Assembly: GCA_030603185.1 (NCBI GenBank)
Contig: JAUVYG010000002.1
Location: 1 to 56,513 of the forward strand
Length of the DNA stretch: 56,513 nt
Direction of reading: 5' to 3'
From: Actinomycetota bacterium
Lineage (GTDB): Bacteria > Actinomycetota > JAUVYG01
The position numbers and the translations under genes were made by a program. Positions 20,031 through 29,825 of the stretch are shown piece by piece. The notes under the pieces are model-generated. The model was not told where the DNA came from, did not search any database, and was given only the letters and a program-made list of their open reading frames with translations. Every line of letters starts with the position of its first letter. Position 1 is the stretch's first letter.

Positions 20031-21334
20031 GGCAGACAAAACTGTCTAGCCCGATCACCGAGGAAGACCTTAGCCTTATTTCCACCAAACCCTCGACCAG
20101 TGATCCCTCAGTGGTCGCCACTGTTCAGAGGATCATTTCTGAAGTAAAGCGGGATGGTGATGATCGCCTGGTCGAGCTGTCTAAGAAATTTGATGGATGC
20201 GATCTTGAGGTAACTGATTTGAAGGTTACCGACGACGAAATGTCTTCTGCAAAGAGCCAAGTCGGTACTGACTTCGCAGCTGCCGTTAAGGGCTCGGTTG
20301 AGCGCATTGCTCGCTACCACGAACATGAGATACAAAGCTCGTGGCAGCTGGAAGAGCCCGGGTTTACCGCAGGCGAGAGGTTGTCAGCAGTGGATATTGC
20401 AGGTGTCTACGTCCCAGGTGGGAAGGCGACCTACCCATCAACCGCTATCATGGCCGTGGTCGCAGCAAAGACTGCGGGGGTTCCAAACGTGATTATCTGT
20501 ACTCCGCCAAGGCCGGATGGCTCCATCGACCCTCACGTTCTATATGCTGCTGATGTGGCCGGAGCTAGCGCAGTCTACAAGGCCGGTGGAGCCGGAGCGA
20601 TTGCTGCTATGGCATACGGGACGGTTGCGATCCCACGTGTGGACGTGATCGTGGGACCAGGCAATATTTTTGTAGCAGCTGCTAAGAGGGAAGTGGTCGG
20701 CCAGGTCGGGATCGATAGTCTTGCCGGTCCTAGTGAAGTCGTCGTATTTTGTGATGAATCCGCACCCATGAATTTTGTTGCTGCTGATCTGGTCGCTCAG
20801 GTAGAGCATGGGTCCGGAGCAACCGCAGTATTGGTCGCCCTGAGCGACTCAGTGGTCGATGAGGTGAGTGACCAGATCGAACAGTTGCTGACCGCTCGAG
20901 GTGACAGCTTCAATGTTTGCCGGGATGAGGTGGCTGAGCGACTATGTGCGGTTGTTGTCTCAAGCAGAGAGACTGCGATCGAGCTGATCAACGCCATAGC
21001 CCCTGAGCATGTAGAGCTGTTGATCCAGGATCCCCTTACCGTCTCCGAGCAGGTCAAGCATGCGGGTACTATTCTCATCGGACCGTATGCTTCCGCTGCG
21101 ATCTCGGATTATTCAGCAGGTCCTAATCATGTGCTGCCAACCGGTGGCTCAGCTAGGTTTTCATCTCCACTTGGTGTTCACACTTTCACCAAAAGGACTA
21201 GTGTTCTTTGGTTCGATGAGCACGGTGTGGGACCTGTTGCCAGGATGGCCTCTGAGATCGCTAAGGCTGAGGGTTTGTTGGCACATGCGTATGCAGCTGA
21301 ACTCCGTGTAGGTGATGATCATTCGGATTCGTGA
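20027..21334 (+). CDS. hisD: Histidinol dehydrogenase
   Basis: 435 aa. Contains ...GVYVPGGKATYPSTAIM..., ...IDSLAGPSEV..., ...QVEHGSGA..., ...APEHVELL... and ...DYSAGPNHVLPTGGSARF.... Confidence 0.93.
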   Translation: MRQTKLSSPITEEDLSLISTKPSTSDPSVVATVQRIISEVKRDGDDRLVELSKKFDGCDLEVTDLKVTDDEMSSAKSQVGTDFAAAVKGSVERIARYHEHEIQSSWQLEEPGFTAGERLSAVDIAGVYVPGGKATYPSTAIMAVVAAKTAGVPNVIICTPPRPDGSIDPHVLYAADVAGASAVYKAGGAGAIAAMAYGTVAIPRVDVIVGPGNIFVAAAKREVVGQVGIDSLAGPSEVVVFCDESAPMNFVAADLVAQVEHGSGATAVLVALSDSVVDEVSDQIEQLLTARGDSFNVCRDEVAERLCAVVVSSRETAIELINAIAPEHVELLIQDPLTVSEQVKHAGTILIGPYASAAISDYSAGPNHVLPTGGSARFSSPLGVHTFTKRTSVLWFDEHGVGPVARMASEIAKAEGLLAHAYAAELRVGDDHSDS

Positions 21335-22376
21335 CAGCCTCCAAGGGTTCAAACCGTATAGTCCTCCAGCCGTCACGGCAAAGATAAAGCTGAACACGAA
21401 TGAGTGTCCGATCAGGCCACCCGAATCAGTTCTATCAGCAATTGAGAAAGTTGCGCGAGAAGGAGCGTTGAATCGCTATCCTGACCCCTCAGGATCTGAA
21501 TTGAAGTCAGCTATCGCGGAATTGCACGGTGTAGGCGTAGAAAATGTTGCTTTGGGTAACGGATCAAATGAGATTATTCGCCACCTGACTCTGGCTTATG
21601 GCGGTGAGGGCAGGGCAGCCCTGATGTTTCCACCCAGTTATCAGGTGTATAGCGTTGCGGCCAAGGTTGCTGGATGTGACATCATCGAAGTCCTTCGCGA
21701 TGAGACTTTTTCGATCGGTCCGGCTGAGATCGATAGGGCGAAAGCACACGAGCCCGACATCGCGTTCGTGTGTGACCCCAACAATCCTACTGGTACCGCC
21801 CTTGGATCTATTGTGGTCGGGCAGATTGCCGACCAACTCGAGGGATTGGTCGTTGTTGACGAGGCATACGCAGAGTTTTCAGAAGGTTCCTCGGTAGGGA
21901 TTCTGAGCGAGCACTCGAACCTGGCAATTGTTCGGACTCTTTCCAAGGCGTATGGCCTTGCCGGATTGCGAGTGGGTTACCTCATCTCTTCAACAGAGAT
22001 AGTCAGGGCCGTTGAATCTGTCCAGTTGCCGTACCACCTCAACATGGTTTCCATGGCAGCATCCACTGCCGCTCTCAAATCGCAAAGCGAGTACGCTGAA
22101 ATCATCGGAAACCTCATAGATGAGCGCTCTAGGGTCATAGAATCGCTTGATAAGATCTCTGGGATCAGCACCATTCCTACACAGTCCAACTTTGTGATGT
22201 TCCGAATGAACCAAGACGCGGGCGATGTGTATCGCGAGCTTCTGAAGCATGAGGTTCTAGTTAGACCATATCCGGATGAGCCCCTATTCTCGAAATGTTT
22301 GCGTGTGACTGTAGGTACTCCTCCAGAAAACAAGGCATTTATCGGAGCGCTTGAGAAAGTCTTGGCCGCATTCTGA
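21312..22376 (+). CDS. hisC: Histidinol-phosphate aminotransferase
   Basis: 354 aa. Contains ...LNTNECP..., ...RYPDPSGSELK..., ...GNGSNEII..., ...CDPNNPTG..., ...VVVDEAYAEF... and the PLP lysine context TLSKAYGLAGLRVGY. Confidence 0.9.
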   Translation: MMIIRIRDSLQGFKPYSPPAVTAKIKLNTNECPIRPPESVLSAIEKVAREGALNRYPDPSGSELKSAIAELHGVGVENVALGNGSNEIIRHLTLAYGGEGRAALMFPPSYQVYSVAAKVAGCDIIEVLRDETFSIGPAEIDRAKAHEPDIAFVCDPNNPTGTALGSIVVGQIADQLEGLVVVDEAYAEFSEGSSVGILSEHSNLAIVRTLSKAYGLAGLRVGYLISSTEIVRAVESVQLPYHLNMVSMAASTAALKSQSEYAEIIGNLIDERSRVIESLDKISGISTIPTQSNFVMFRMNQDAGDVYRELLKHEVLVRPYPDEPLFSKCLRVTVGTPPENKAFIGALEKVLAAF

Positions 22377-22426
22377 CCCATCACATGTAGAATCAATCCG
22401 TTACCCAGTTCTGAAGGGAGTAGGGG

Positions 22427-23029
22427 TTGAGCGATAAAATTTTACGATCATCAAGAATTGAGAGACAGACCTCAGAGACGCAGATTGTCGCTGAGCTTGT
22501 AGTTGACGGCACCGGTTCATACGAGATCGAGACGGGAGTCCCGTTTCTGGATCACATGCTGGAGCTGTTCTCTCGGCACGGTTATTTTGATCTCAAACTT
22601 GAGGCTAGCGGCGATACCGAAATAGATGCTCATCACACAGTTGAGGATATCGGGATCGTTCTCGGGCAGGCGTTCAAGAAGGCACTAGGTGACAAAGCGG
22701 GGATCTCCAGGTATGGATTCTTCATGCTTCCGATGGATGAGGTACTAGCCGAGGTGGCTATCGACCTCAGCGGCAGACCGGCATTTAGGTATGACGTTGT
22801 CTTGCCGTACGAGCAGGTCGGGAATTTTGACACCGCATTGGCCCCCGAGTTCTTTAAGGCGTTCGTTAACGAGCTAGGCTTGGCTCTACATATGAGATGC
22901 ACCGACGGAGAAGAGGTCCATCACATACTCGAGGCCCTGTTTAAGGCTTTTGCGCGAGCATTGGATATGGCCACAAGGCACGATGACAGGGTGATTGGCG
23001 TTCCTTCAACTAAGGGCACTTTGGGTTGA
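22427..23029 (+). CDS. hisB: Imidazoleglycerol-phosphate dehydratase
   Basis: TTG start. Contains ...RQTSETQI..., ...[16 protein letters not shown]..., ...[16 protein letters not shown]... and ...[19 protein letters not shown].... Confidence 0.93.
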   Translation: MSDKILRSSRIERQTSETQIVAELVVDGTGSYEIETGVPFLDHMLELFSRHGYFDLKLEASGDTEIDAHHTVEDIGIVLGQAFKKALGDKAGISRYGFFMLPMDEVLAEVAIDLSGRPAFRYDVVLPYEQVGNFDTALAPEFFKAFVNELGLALHMRCTDGEEVHHILEALFKAFARALDMATRHDDRVIGVPSTKGTLG

Positions 23030-23646
23030 GGTCAGGCACCATCGCCCTCATTGACTACGGAATGGGAAATCTCCGCAGCGTCGAAAAGGCCTTTGAGCAT
23101 CTGGGGGTGAAGGTTGTTCGGACCGACGATCCAGCTGTTGTGGCCGAGTGTGAGGGTGTGGTTCTTCCCGGAGTGGGAGCATTTGGCGACGCCATGGATC
23201 GACTGCGTAGCTCTGGACTTGACCGTGCGGTCGTCGACACCATTCATGCCAATAAGCATTTTCTTGGGATCTGTCTTGGGCTTCAGCTACTGTTCTCCAG
23301 TAGCCAAGAGGGCGGAGATGTTCCCGGACTTGATATAGTAAAGGGAAAGGTCGTACACCTTCCCAAGGGTCTAAAGACTCCTCATATAGGGTGGAACACT
23401 GTTCGCCCTGTGACAAAAGGGGGACTTATGGACGGCGTTGACTCGGATAGTAGGTACTACTTCGTACACTCCTACTATGTAGCACCTGACGACCCTGAAT
23501 GGACCGCTGTAACCACGGAATACGGAATCACCTACACCTCAGCAATTGAGAAGGGTAACGTATTTGCTTGCCAGTTCCACCCCGAGAAGAGCGGTGAGCT
23601 TGGACTAGAAGTCCTTCGACGATTTGCAGACAGACTGTCCGCTTAG
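23026..23646 (+). CDS. hisH: Imidazole glycerol phosphate synthase, glutaminase subunit HisH
   Basis: TTG start overlapping the hisB stop (TTGA). Contains ...[14 protein letters not shown]..., ...LPGVGAFG..., the nucleophile context GICLGLQLL, and ...FHPEKSG.... Confidence 0.92.
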   Translation: MRSGTIALIDYGMGNLRSVEKAFEHLGVKVVRTDDPAVVAECEGVVLPGVGAFGDAMDRLRSSGLDRAVVDTIHANKHFLGICLGLQLLFSSSQEGGDVPGLDIVKGKVVHLPKGLKTPHIGWNTVRPVTKGGLMDGVDSDSRYYFVHSYYVAPDDPEWTAVTTEYGITYTSAIEKGNVFACQFHPEKSGELGLEVLRRFADRLSA

Positions 23647-23672
23647 CCGGACTCACGATAAGGAGTTAGGAA

Positions 23673-24395
23673 ATCCAGATTATCCCCGCCATCGATCTTA
23701 AAGATGGCAAATGTGTTCGTTTATATAAGGGTAGCTTTGAGAATGTGACGATGTACTCCTCACAACCTGCAGAAGTGGCTCAGCGCTGGGAGTCCGAGGG
23801 TGCAGAGCGATTGCATGTCGTGGACCTTGACGGTGCATCAGGTGGTGTTCCGACAAATCTTAAGGAAATCCAGGAGATCGTATCCGCAATATCTATTCCC
23901 ATTCAATTTGGTGGCGGGGTCCGTTCCGCGGAATCCATCGACCAGATGCTGGGCTTGGGTGTTGAGCGAGTGATACTTGGATCGAGGGCTTTGAAGGATC
24001 CGGATTTCATGAAAGAGATGGTCTCTGCCCACGGGGATAGCGTGATCATTGGCGTGGATGCCCATGATGGGAAAGTTGCAATCCATGGTTGGCAAGACAC
24101 CAGTGAGATTACCGCAGTTCAGTTCGCTCGTGAGATACAGGAAGCCGGGGGAAAGAGGATCATCTTTACGGGCATCGAAAGAGACGGCACCCTTGAGGGG
24201 CCAAATCTTGAGAGGCTGGAAGAGGTATTGGACGCCGTCGATATCCCGGTCATCTCGTCGGGTGGTATTGGCTATTTGAACCATATTGAAAGTCTGATCC
24301 CGTTAGTAGAAAAAGGTGTGGAGGGGGTCATCGTCGGCAAGGCCGTTTACGAGGGCACCGTATCTCTGCCTAAAGCTATCGAGCTGGTTCGGTAA
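23673..24395 (+). CDS. hisA: ProFAR isomerase HisA (start inferred at a non-canonical ATC or ATT codon)
   Basis: The in-frame sequence after the stop at 23667-23669 reads [18 protein letters not shown], the universally conserved HisA N-terminus that includes the catalytic Asp. The first ATG/GTG/TTG is GTG 23745, 24 codons later. AAGGAG at 23660-23665 sits 7 nt before ATC 23673. Confidence 0.8.
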   Translation: MQIIPAIDLKDGKCVRLYKGSFENVTMYSSQPAEVAQRWESEGAERLHVVDLDGASGGVPTNLKEIQEIVSAISIPIQFGGGVRSAESIDQMLGLGVERVILGSRALKDPDFMKEMVSAHGDSVIIGVDAHDGKVAIHGWQDTSEITAVQFAREIQEAGGKRIIFTGIERDGTLEGPNLERLEEVLDAVDIPVISSGGIGYLNHIESLIPLVEKGVEGVIVGKAVYEGTVSLPKAIELVR

Positions 24396-24396
24396 T

Positions 24397-25176
24397 ATGC
24401 TCGCAAAGCGCATAATCCCGTGTCTCGATGTTTCCGAGGGCAGGGTAGTCAAGGGGATCAACTTCGTAGAGCTGCGTGATGCTGGCGACCCTGTGGAACT
24501 TGCGGCCGCTTACGACATTGCAGGCGCAGACGAACTAGTGTTTCTGGACATTACCGCCTCTCACGAGAAGAGGGGGACTATTGTCGAGGTTGCAGCCGAC
24601 ACAGCTGAACGTGTTTTTATCCCCTATACGGTGGGTGGTGGAATATCTAGCAGTGAGGATATCCGTGCCCTGCTGTCGACCGGAGCCGACAAAGTGTCTC
24701 TCAACTCTTCTGCTGTCAGGGATCCGTCAATAATCAATGAGACGTCGAAGAAATACGGAAGGCAGTGCATTGTCGTTGCCATCGATGCGCGGTTGCGCGA
24801 GGGATCGAGCCCTCCTGCGTGGGACGTATACATCAACGGCGGTCGTATCAACACTGGCCTTGACGTGGTCGAGTGGGCAAAAGAGGTTGACGCCCGCGGC
24901 GCGGGAGAGATCCTGCTCACAAGTATGGACAGAGACGGCACCAAAGATGGATTTGATATCCCCCTGACCAAAGCAGTGGTGGGCGCCATATCGATCCCCG
25001 TGATTGCCTCCGGCGGTGCGGGAAAAATGGAAGACTTTCTTGAGGTTTTGGTCGAAGGTGGGGCAGATGCAGCCCTCGCAGCCTCGGTATTTCATTACGG
25101 AGAGATGAGTTTGTCGGACCTCAAGGATTATCTTGAAAGCCAGGGCGTCACGGTTCGTAAGACTGGGGAAAAGTGA
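24397..25176 (+). CDS. hisF: Imidazole glycerol phosphate synthase, cyclase subunit HisF
   Basis: [12 protein letters not shown]...GRVVKG..., ...[11 protein letters not shown]..., ...TVGGGI... and ...[15 protein letters not shown].... Start placed at ATG 24397, 1 nt after the hisA stop. The track ORF starts 27 codons upstream, inside hisA. Confidence 0.93.
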   Translation: MLAKRIIPCLDVSEGRVVKGINFVELRDAGDPVELAAAYDIAGADELVFLDITASHEKRGTIVEVAADTAERVFIPYTVGGGISSSEDIRALLSTGADKVSLNSSAVRDPSIINETSKKYGRQCIVVAIDARLREGSSPPAWDVYINGGRINTGLDVVEWAKEVDARGAGEILLTSMDRDGTKDGFDIPLTKAVVGAISIPVIASGGAGKMEDFLEVLVEGGADAALAASVFHYGEMSLSDLKDYLESQGVTVRKTGEK

Positions 25177-26054
25177 CAAAAGGTTCAGTCTGGCCTGCGG
25201 AATGCCGCTATCTAGAGGGTCGCTCGCATTCTGATGTCGTCCTGAAAGACATCTCTGCTAGAATCCATCAACTCAAGCTTGATGGCATGGCGCCGAATCT
25301 CGCTTTTGTGCTTATGGGGGACGACCCAGTCCACCAGAGACAGGTCGAGCTGAAGATCCGGGTTGCCGAAGAAGCCGGGTTTTCGACTGTTCTTCACAAC
25401 TTGCCTGGAATGGCCGCACAGCGAACCTTGAATAACCTGCTAGACGAACTTAGTGCTGACATCCATGTACACGCTGTCTTCGGACAGCTTCCATTCACGC
25501 GCCATATTTCCAGAGAAGACGCAGGCGGGCATCTGGATCCGCGAAAAGATATTGATCTGCTGAGCCCGACTGAACTCGGCAAATACTACCTGGGAAGATC
25601 ACTGTATCGCCCTGCGGTGGTTGAGGCGGTAGTCGAGCTTCTGGCCCGATACGACGTGCCCATCAAGGGGGCAGACATTGCCATTCTTGGCCTCGGGGAG
25701 ATCATGTCCCGACCTCTATCCGTCGCTCTTACTGACATGCAGGCCACGGTCACGGTTTGCCACTTGGCAAGTCAGGACCTTGAAGAGAAGACGGCCAGCG
25801 CTGAGATACTCATCACTGCCATCGGGAAGGCCCGGTTCGTCAAATGGGGGATGGTCGGTGATGGTGCGATCGTGGTCGACCTCGGGCAGTCAGCTGTCGG
25901 GGGCCGAGTGGTCGGTGATGTGGATGAGCGGGCAGTGCCCAAAAGAGCTGGGGGGCTTACCCCGGTTCCCGGGGGTATCGGCCCTCTGATCGTTACTTCA
26001 ATACTGAAGAATGCGCTCGCTGCAGTCGAGTCGGCAGCAAGGGAAGCAAAGTAG
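25173..26054 (+). CDS. FolD-like protein (methylene-THF dehydrogenase/methenyl-THF cyclohydrolase family), divergent at several signature positions
   Basis: 293 aa. The GTG start overlaps the hisF stop (GTGA). The C-terminal ...[18 protein letters not shown]... and ...IGKARFV...GAIVVDLG... are clearly FolD-like, but signature positions deviate (see finding). Confidence 0.7.
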   Translation: MTKGSVWPAECRYLEGRSHSDVVLKDISARIHQLKLDGMAPNLAFVLMGDDPVHQRQVELKIRVAEEAGFSTVLHNLPGMAAQRTLNNLLDELSADIHVHAVFGQLPFTRHISREDAGGHLDPRKDIDLLSPTELGKYYLGRSLYRPAVVEAVVELLARYDVPIKGADIAILGLGEIMSRPLSVALTDMQATVTVCHLASQDLEEKTASAEILITAIGKARFVKWGMVGDGAIVVDLGQSAVGGRVVGDVDERAVPKRAGGLTPVPGGIGPLIVTSILKNALAAVESAAREAK

Positions 26055-26189
26055 TCCCGACTCCCAGGTATTAGGTTTGCGGACGGTTCGTCTCGCTGCT
26101 AATATGAGCCAGGAAATGTACCCATAAAATTTGTCCGCGCTTTACGTATTTGCGTGAAGTGTCTGTTGTGTTGAGGAGGTGTCTGACCG

Positions 26190-27428
26190 GTGGTAGATCT
26201 AGGGGCCACGTCCCTCATGAGACGTGCGATGGAGCTCGCTGAACTGGGCAGAGGCCGTACCTCCCCAAATCCGGTTGTGGGTGCGCTGGTAACCCAGGAC
26301 GGAAACGTGATCGCCGAAGGACACCATGCAGTCCTCGGTGGGCTCCATGCTGAGCGTGTCGCGCTCGAATCAGCCGGCACCGCAGCATATGGCTCTACGT
26401 TGATCAGCACGCTCGAACCGTGTCGCAGCTTCGGCAGGACCCCTCCATGCACTGACGCGATAATCGACGCTGGGGTCTCAAAAGTGATAGTCGGCTCCAT
26501 AGATCCCAATCCCAAGGTCAACGGTCAATCCGTTCGATATCTGAGGGAGCGGGGGATCCAGGTCGAGATCGGGACACTTGCATCCGAGGTAGCCGAGCAG
26601 AATGAGGCTTACTTCAAGCATATAAGCTCGGGCCTCCCATTCGTCTACCTTAAGGCCGCAATGAGCATGGACGGTAAATTGTCACTTCGAAGGGGTATTC
26701 CCACCAGACTCACCGGCCAGGATATCAAGGCCGAGATGCACGTCATGCGATCGTCCACGGACGCCATTCTTGTCGGTGTCGAAACAATTCTCTCAGACAA
26801 TCCTAGGTTGAGCGCCAGAATTGAGGGAAGCGTAGCCCGACAACCGGCAAGGGTAATACTTGATTCACGTTGTCGAATACCCATGAATTCAGCGGTTGTG
26901 GCGACAGCCGAGGACACATTGACTATTGTGGCCACCACTGATCAGGCTGCTCCTGAGAGAATCCAGGAGCTGTCCGATAGGGGCGTTGTCGTCATGGTGT
27001 TGGATCGGGGCGCCAATGGCGTTGATCTGAAACATTTGCTCACCGAACTAGGCAATAAGTCCATAAGCAGCCTTATCGTCGAGGGCGGCCCTTCAGTGCA
27101 TACATCCTTCATACGGCAAGGGCTAGCCGACAAGTTTGTACTCCTATGTGCTCCCTATCTGATCGGTGGCGATGAGGCGCCGAACATGATCGGTGGCGAG
27201 AGTCTCTCTCGGTTGGATGAGGCAGAGCGCCTTCGGTTTACGAACAGTAGAATAGTCGGAGCCGACCTCCTCGTTGAAGCCTATCCTGCTGCATATGATC
27301 CCGAGATGAGTGAGTGGAACAAATTGACTGAAGAGTTGGCCTTGCGCAACCAAGACGTGGGGGACATCATTTCCCCCGAGACTACGGTCGAGATCCAGCT
27401 GACCACGACAGATAGTGAGCGGGATTAA
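26190..27428 (+). CDS. ribD: Bifunctional riboflavin biosynthesis protein RibD (deaminase/reductase)
   Basis: GTG start 10 nt after GAGGAGG. Deaminase zinc motifs are HAERVAL and LEPCRSFGRTPPCTDA. The reductase domain contains ...YLKAAMSMDGK... and ...LIVEGGPSVHTSF.... About 45 extra C-terminal residues follow the usual end. Confidence 0.9.
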   Translation: MVDLGATSLMRRAMELAELGRGRTSPNPVVGALVTQDGNVIAEGHHAVLGGLHAERVALESAGTAAYGSTLISTLEPCRSFGRTPPCTDAIIDAGVSKVIVGSIDPNPKVNGQSVRYLRERGIQVEIGTLASEVAEQNEAYFKHISSGLPFVYLKAAMSMDGKLSLRRGIPTRLTGQDIKAEMHVMRSSTDAILVGVETILSDNPRLSARIEGSVARQPARVILDSRCRIPMNSAVVATAEDTLTIVATTDQAAPERIQELSDRGVVVMVLDRGANGVDLKHLLTELGNKSISSLIVEGGPSVHTSFIRQGLADKFVLLCAPYLIGGDEAPNMIGGESLSRLDEAERLRFTNSRIVGADLLVEAYPAAYDPEMSEWNKLTEELALRNQDVGDIISPETTVEIQLTTTDSERD

Positions 27429-28081
27429 TGTTCACTGGTATTGTCGAGGAGCCCGGAACCGTTGTGACTAAAACCGGAGGAGCATCCAGTGGTGGCTCCA
27501 GGATAGCTATCAGGGCTCAGTCTGATTTTGTATCAAAAATCGGTATCGGTGACTCAGTTGCTATTGATGGCGTCTGCCTGACGGCAGTAAAGAAGGCCAG
27601 CGAGCAGTTCGAGGTGGACTGCGCCCCGGTTACTCTCGAGCGGACCACTATTGGGAAACTGAACACCGGCAACCACGTCAATCTAGAGCTTGCGATGCTC
27701 GCGGGCGGTCGGTTCGGAGGCCACTTTGTTACAGGGCACGTAGATTGTGTGGGGAGCATTGCCTCCAAAGTCTCCCGTGGCTCCTCTGTTTTGGTGGTCG
27801 TAGATTGTGGTGCCGAGTTCGCATCTGAGCTTGTCAGTAAAGGGTCTGTGACAGTTAATGGCATCAGCCTTACTGTTGCGGAGCTGAGCAGTACCGACTT
27901 TACTGTTGCAGTGATACCTCACACTCAGGACATGACCAATCTGACCAAATGTGACTTAGGCCAAGCGGTTAATCTTGAGTCTGACATGCTTGGAAAGTAT
28001 GTCCGTAGATACATGGAAAAGAACGAGCACGCAGAGGTTGCCTCCTTTCATGAGCAACTCAAAACCAATGGTTTCGCGTAG
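27428..28081 (+). CDS. ribE: Riboflavin synthase (alpha chain)
   Basis: Starts MFTGIVEE.G.V..., with the duplicated ...GDS(V)A(I)DGVCLT... and ...GSVTVNGISLTV... lumazine-binding repeats. Confidence 0.92.
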   Translation: MFTGIVEEPGTVVTKTGGASSGGSRIAIRAQSDFVSKIGIGDSVAIDGVCLTAVKKASEQFEVDCAPVTLERTTIGKLNTGNHVNLELAMLAGGRFGGHFVTGHVDCVGSIASKVSRGSSVLVVVDCGAEFASELVSKGSVTVNGISLTVAELSSTDFTVAVIPHTQDMTNLTKCDLGQAVNLESDMLGKYVRRYMEKNEHAEVASFHEQLKTNGFA

Positions 28082-28091
28082 AAAGCAAGGA

Positions 28092-29360
28092 ATGACAGAC
28101 ACTTTTAGCAATCTTGAAGCAGCGATCGCAGATTACCGTGCTGGGAAAATGATCATCGTAGTCGATGACGAAGACCGTGAGAACGAGGGTGATTTTGTCG
28201 TTGCTGGCGAAATGGTCACACCGGAAGCCATAAATTTCATGGCAACTCACGGCAGGGGGCTGATATGTATGCCATGCACCCCAGGCCGACTTGACGAGCT
28301 CGGTATTCCCGACATGGTCAGCGATAACAAGAGTGAGCAGGGGACAGCGTTCACGGTATCAATCGGTGCCAAGGGCCGCATCACAACAGGTATTTCCGCT
28401 AAGGACCGGTCCGAGACTGTCCGGGCCGTAGTCGAGTCTTCTACCACGCCCGAAGACATCTCGATGCCGGGACATGTGTTCCCTCTTCGAGCAAAGCCGG
28501 GGGGCGTGCTCGAAAGAGCAGGCCACACAGAGGCTGCGGTGGATCTCGCGCGCTTGGCGGGACTGACTCCAGTCGCCGCTCTTGTTGAGATCATGAATGA
28601 GGACGGCATCATGGCCCGACGGCCGCAGCTCGATGAGGTCGCCAAACGTTTCGGCCTACGCATCGTGACCATCGCAGACCTGATTCGCTACAGACGTACT
28701 CGCGAGAGGCTTGTTAGCAGGATCGCCGATGTGAGCCTTCCCACCGGTTTTGGGGAGTTCAGGGCCCTTGCATATGAATCACTTGTCGACGGACGACACC
28801 AGATCGCTCTAGTCAAAGGCGAAGTTGAGAACCAGGCCGATGTGCTTGTCAGGGTGCATTCGGAGTGCCTAACCGGGGACGTGTTCCACTCACTGCGCTG
28901 CGATTGCGGGGATCAGATGCGGACCGCTCTTGATATGATCAATGCTGAAGGAGCAGGAGTATTCCTGTATGTCCTAGGACACGAGGGTAGAGGGATCGGA
29001 CTGGCCGCCAAGCTGCAAGCCTATGAACTTCAGCAGAAGGGTCTGGACACAGTCGAGGCCAATGAGGAGCTTGGGTATCCAGCCGACATGAGAGATTATG
29101 GGATCGGTGCACAGATTCTTGCGGACCTCGGGGTCTCTACGATGAGGCTTATCACGAACAATCCGCGAAAGATCGTTGGCTTGGAGGGGTACGGCCTAAA
29201 GGTCACCGAGCGGGTGCCGATTGAGATCGAGTCAAGACCAGAGAACGAGGGCTATCTGCGCACTAAGCGTGACAAGCTCTCGCACTTGCTTGAAGATGAT
29301 TCCTCCCAAGGGGAAGTAGAGAACATGGGCAAAGGCCCAGATGAAAGGAGCTCGAGTTGA
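28092..29360 (+). CDS. ribBA: Bifunctional 3,4-dihydroxy-2-butanone-4-phosphate synthase / GTP cyclohydrolase II
   Basis: Start placed at ATG 28092 ([34 protein letters not shown]...), just after the ribE stop. The GCH-II half contains ...[20 protein letters not shown]... and ...GHEGRGIGL.... Confidence 0.93.
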   Translation: MTDTFSNLEAAIADYRAGKMIIVVDDEDRENEGDFVVAGEMVTPEAINFMATHGRGLICMPCTPGRLDELGIPDMVSDNKSEQGTAFTVSIGAKGRITTGISAKDRSETVRAVVESSTTPEDISMPGHVFPLRAKPGGVLERAGHTEAAVDLARLAGLTPVAALVEIMNEDGIMARRPQLDEVAKRFGLRIVTIADLIRYRRTRERLVSRIADVSLPTGFGEFRALAYESLVDGRHQIALVKGEVENQADVLVRVHSECLTGDVFHSLRCDCGDQMRTALDMINAEGAGVFLYVLGHEGRGIGLAAKLQAYELQQKGLDTVEANEELGYPADMRDYGIGAQILADLGVSTMRLITNNPRKIVGLEGYGLKVTERVPIEIESRPENEGYLRTKRDKLSHLLEDDSSQGEVENMGKGPDERSSS

Positions 29361-29824
29361 ACAGAGTCGAAGGAAAGTTGGCAGGTGACGGACTTAAGGT
29401 CGCCATAGTCACTAGTAGATTCAATGAATTCATCACAGACAGGCTCACAGAAGGAGCAGTACAAGCCCTTGTGCGGCACGGTGTTGACGAGGCGAATATT
29501 ACCTCAGTGGCTACTCCAGGGTGCCTCGAGATACCCCTCGTCGTGAAAAAGCTCATTGATAAGGGTGGGAATCACGCCGTTATCGCGTTGGGTGCCGTTA
29601 TTCGAGGAGCCACGCCTCACTTCGAGTATGTTGCTGCTGAGTCAGCAAAGGGGCTAGCCTCCATATCTCTATCCTCAGGGGTTCCAGTTATTAATGGCAT
29701 CCTAACCACCGACTCCATCGAGCAGGCGGTTGAGAGGGCCGGTTCTAAGGGCGGCAACAAGGGTGCTAGCAGCGCTGCTGCGGCGGTCGAGATGGCCAGC
29801 CTGATCGATCAGATCGGAAGCTGA
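29357..29824 (+). CDS. ribH: 6,7-dimethyl-8-ribityllumazine synthase
   Basis: TTG start overlapping the ribBA stop (TTGA). Contains ...[16 protein letters not shown]..., ...PGCLEIPLV... and ...[14 protein letters not shown].... Confidence 0.93.
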   Translation: MNRVEGKLAGDGLKVAIVTSRFNEFITDRLTEGAVQALVRHGVDEANITSVATPGCLEIPLVVKKLIDKGGNHAVIALGAVIRGATPHFEYVAAESAKGLASISLSSGVPVINGILTTDSIEQAVERAGSKGGNKGASSAAAAVEMASLIDQIGS

Positions 29825-29825
29825 A

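Noticed and set aside
26055-26189. Expected an FMN (RFN) riboswitch in the 135-nt leader upstream of ribD
   Set aside because: I could not find the conserved RFN cores (GGGTGAAATTCCC..., ...CCGACGGT.AAGTC.GGATG...). Only a short GACCGGTGGTA resemblance sits next to the start codon. The element is either absent or too divergent to call by eye. A covariance-model scan (Rfam RF00050) would settle it.
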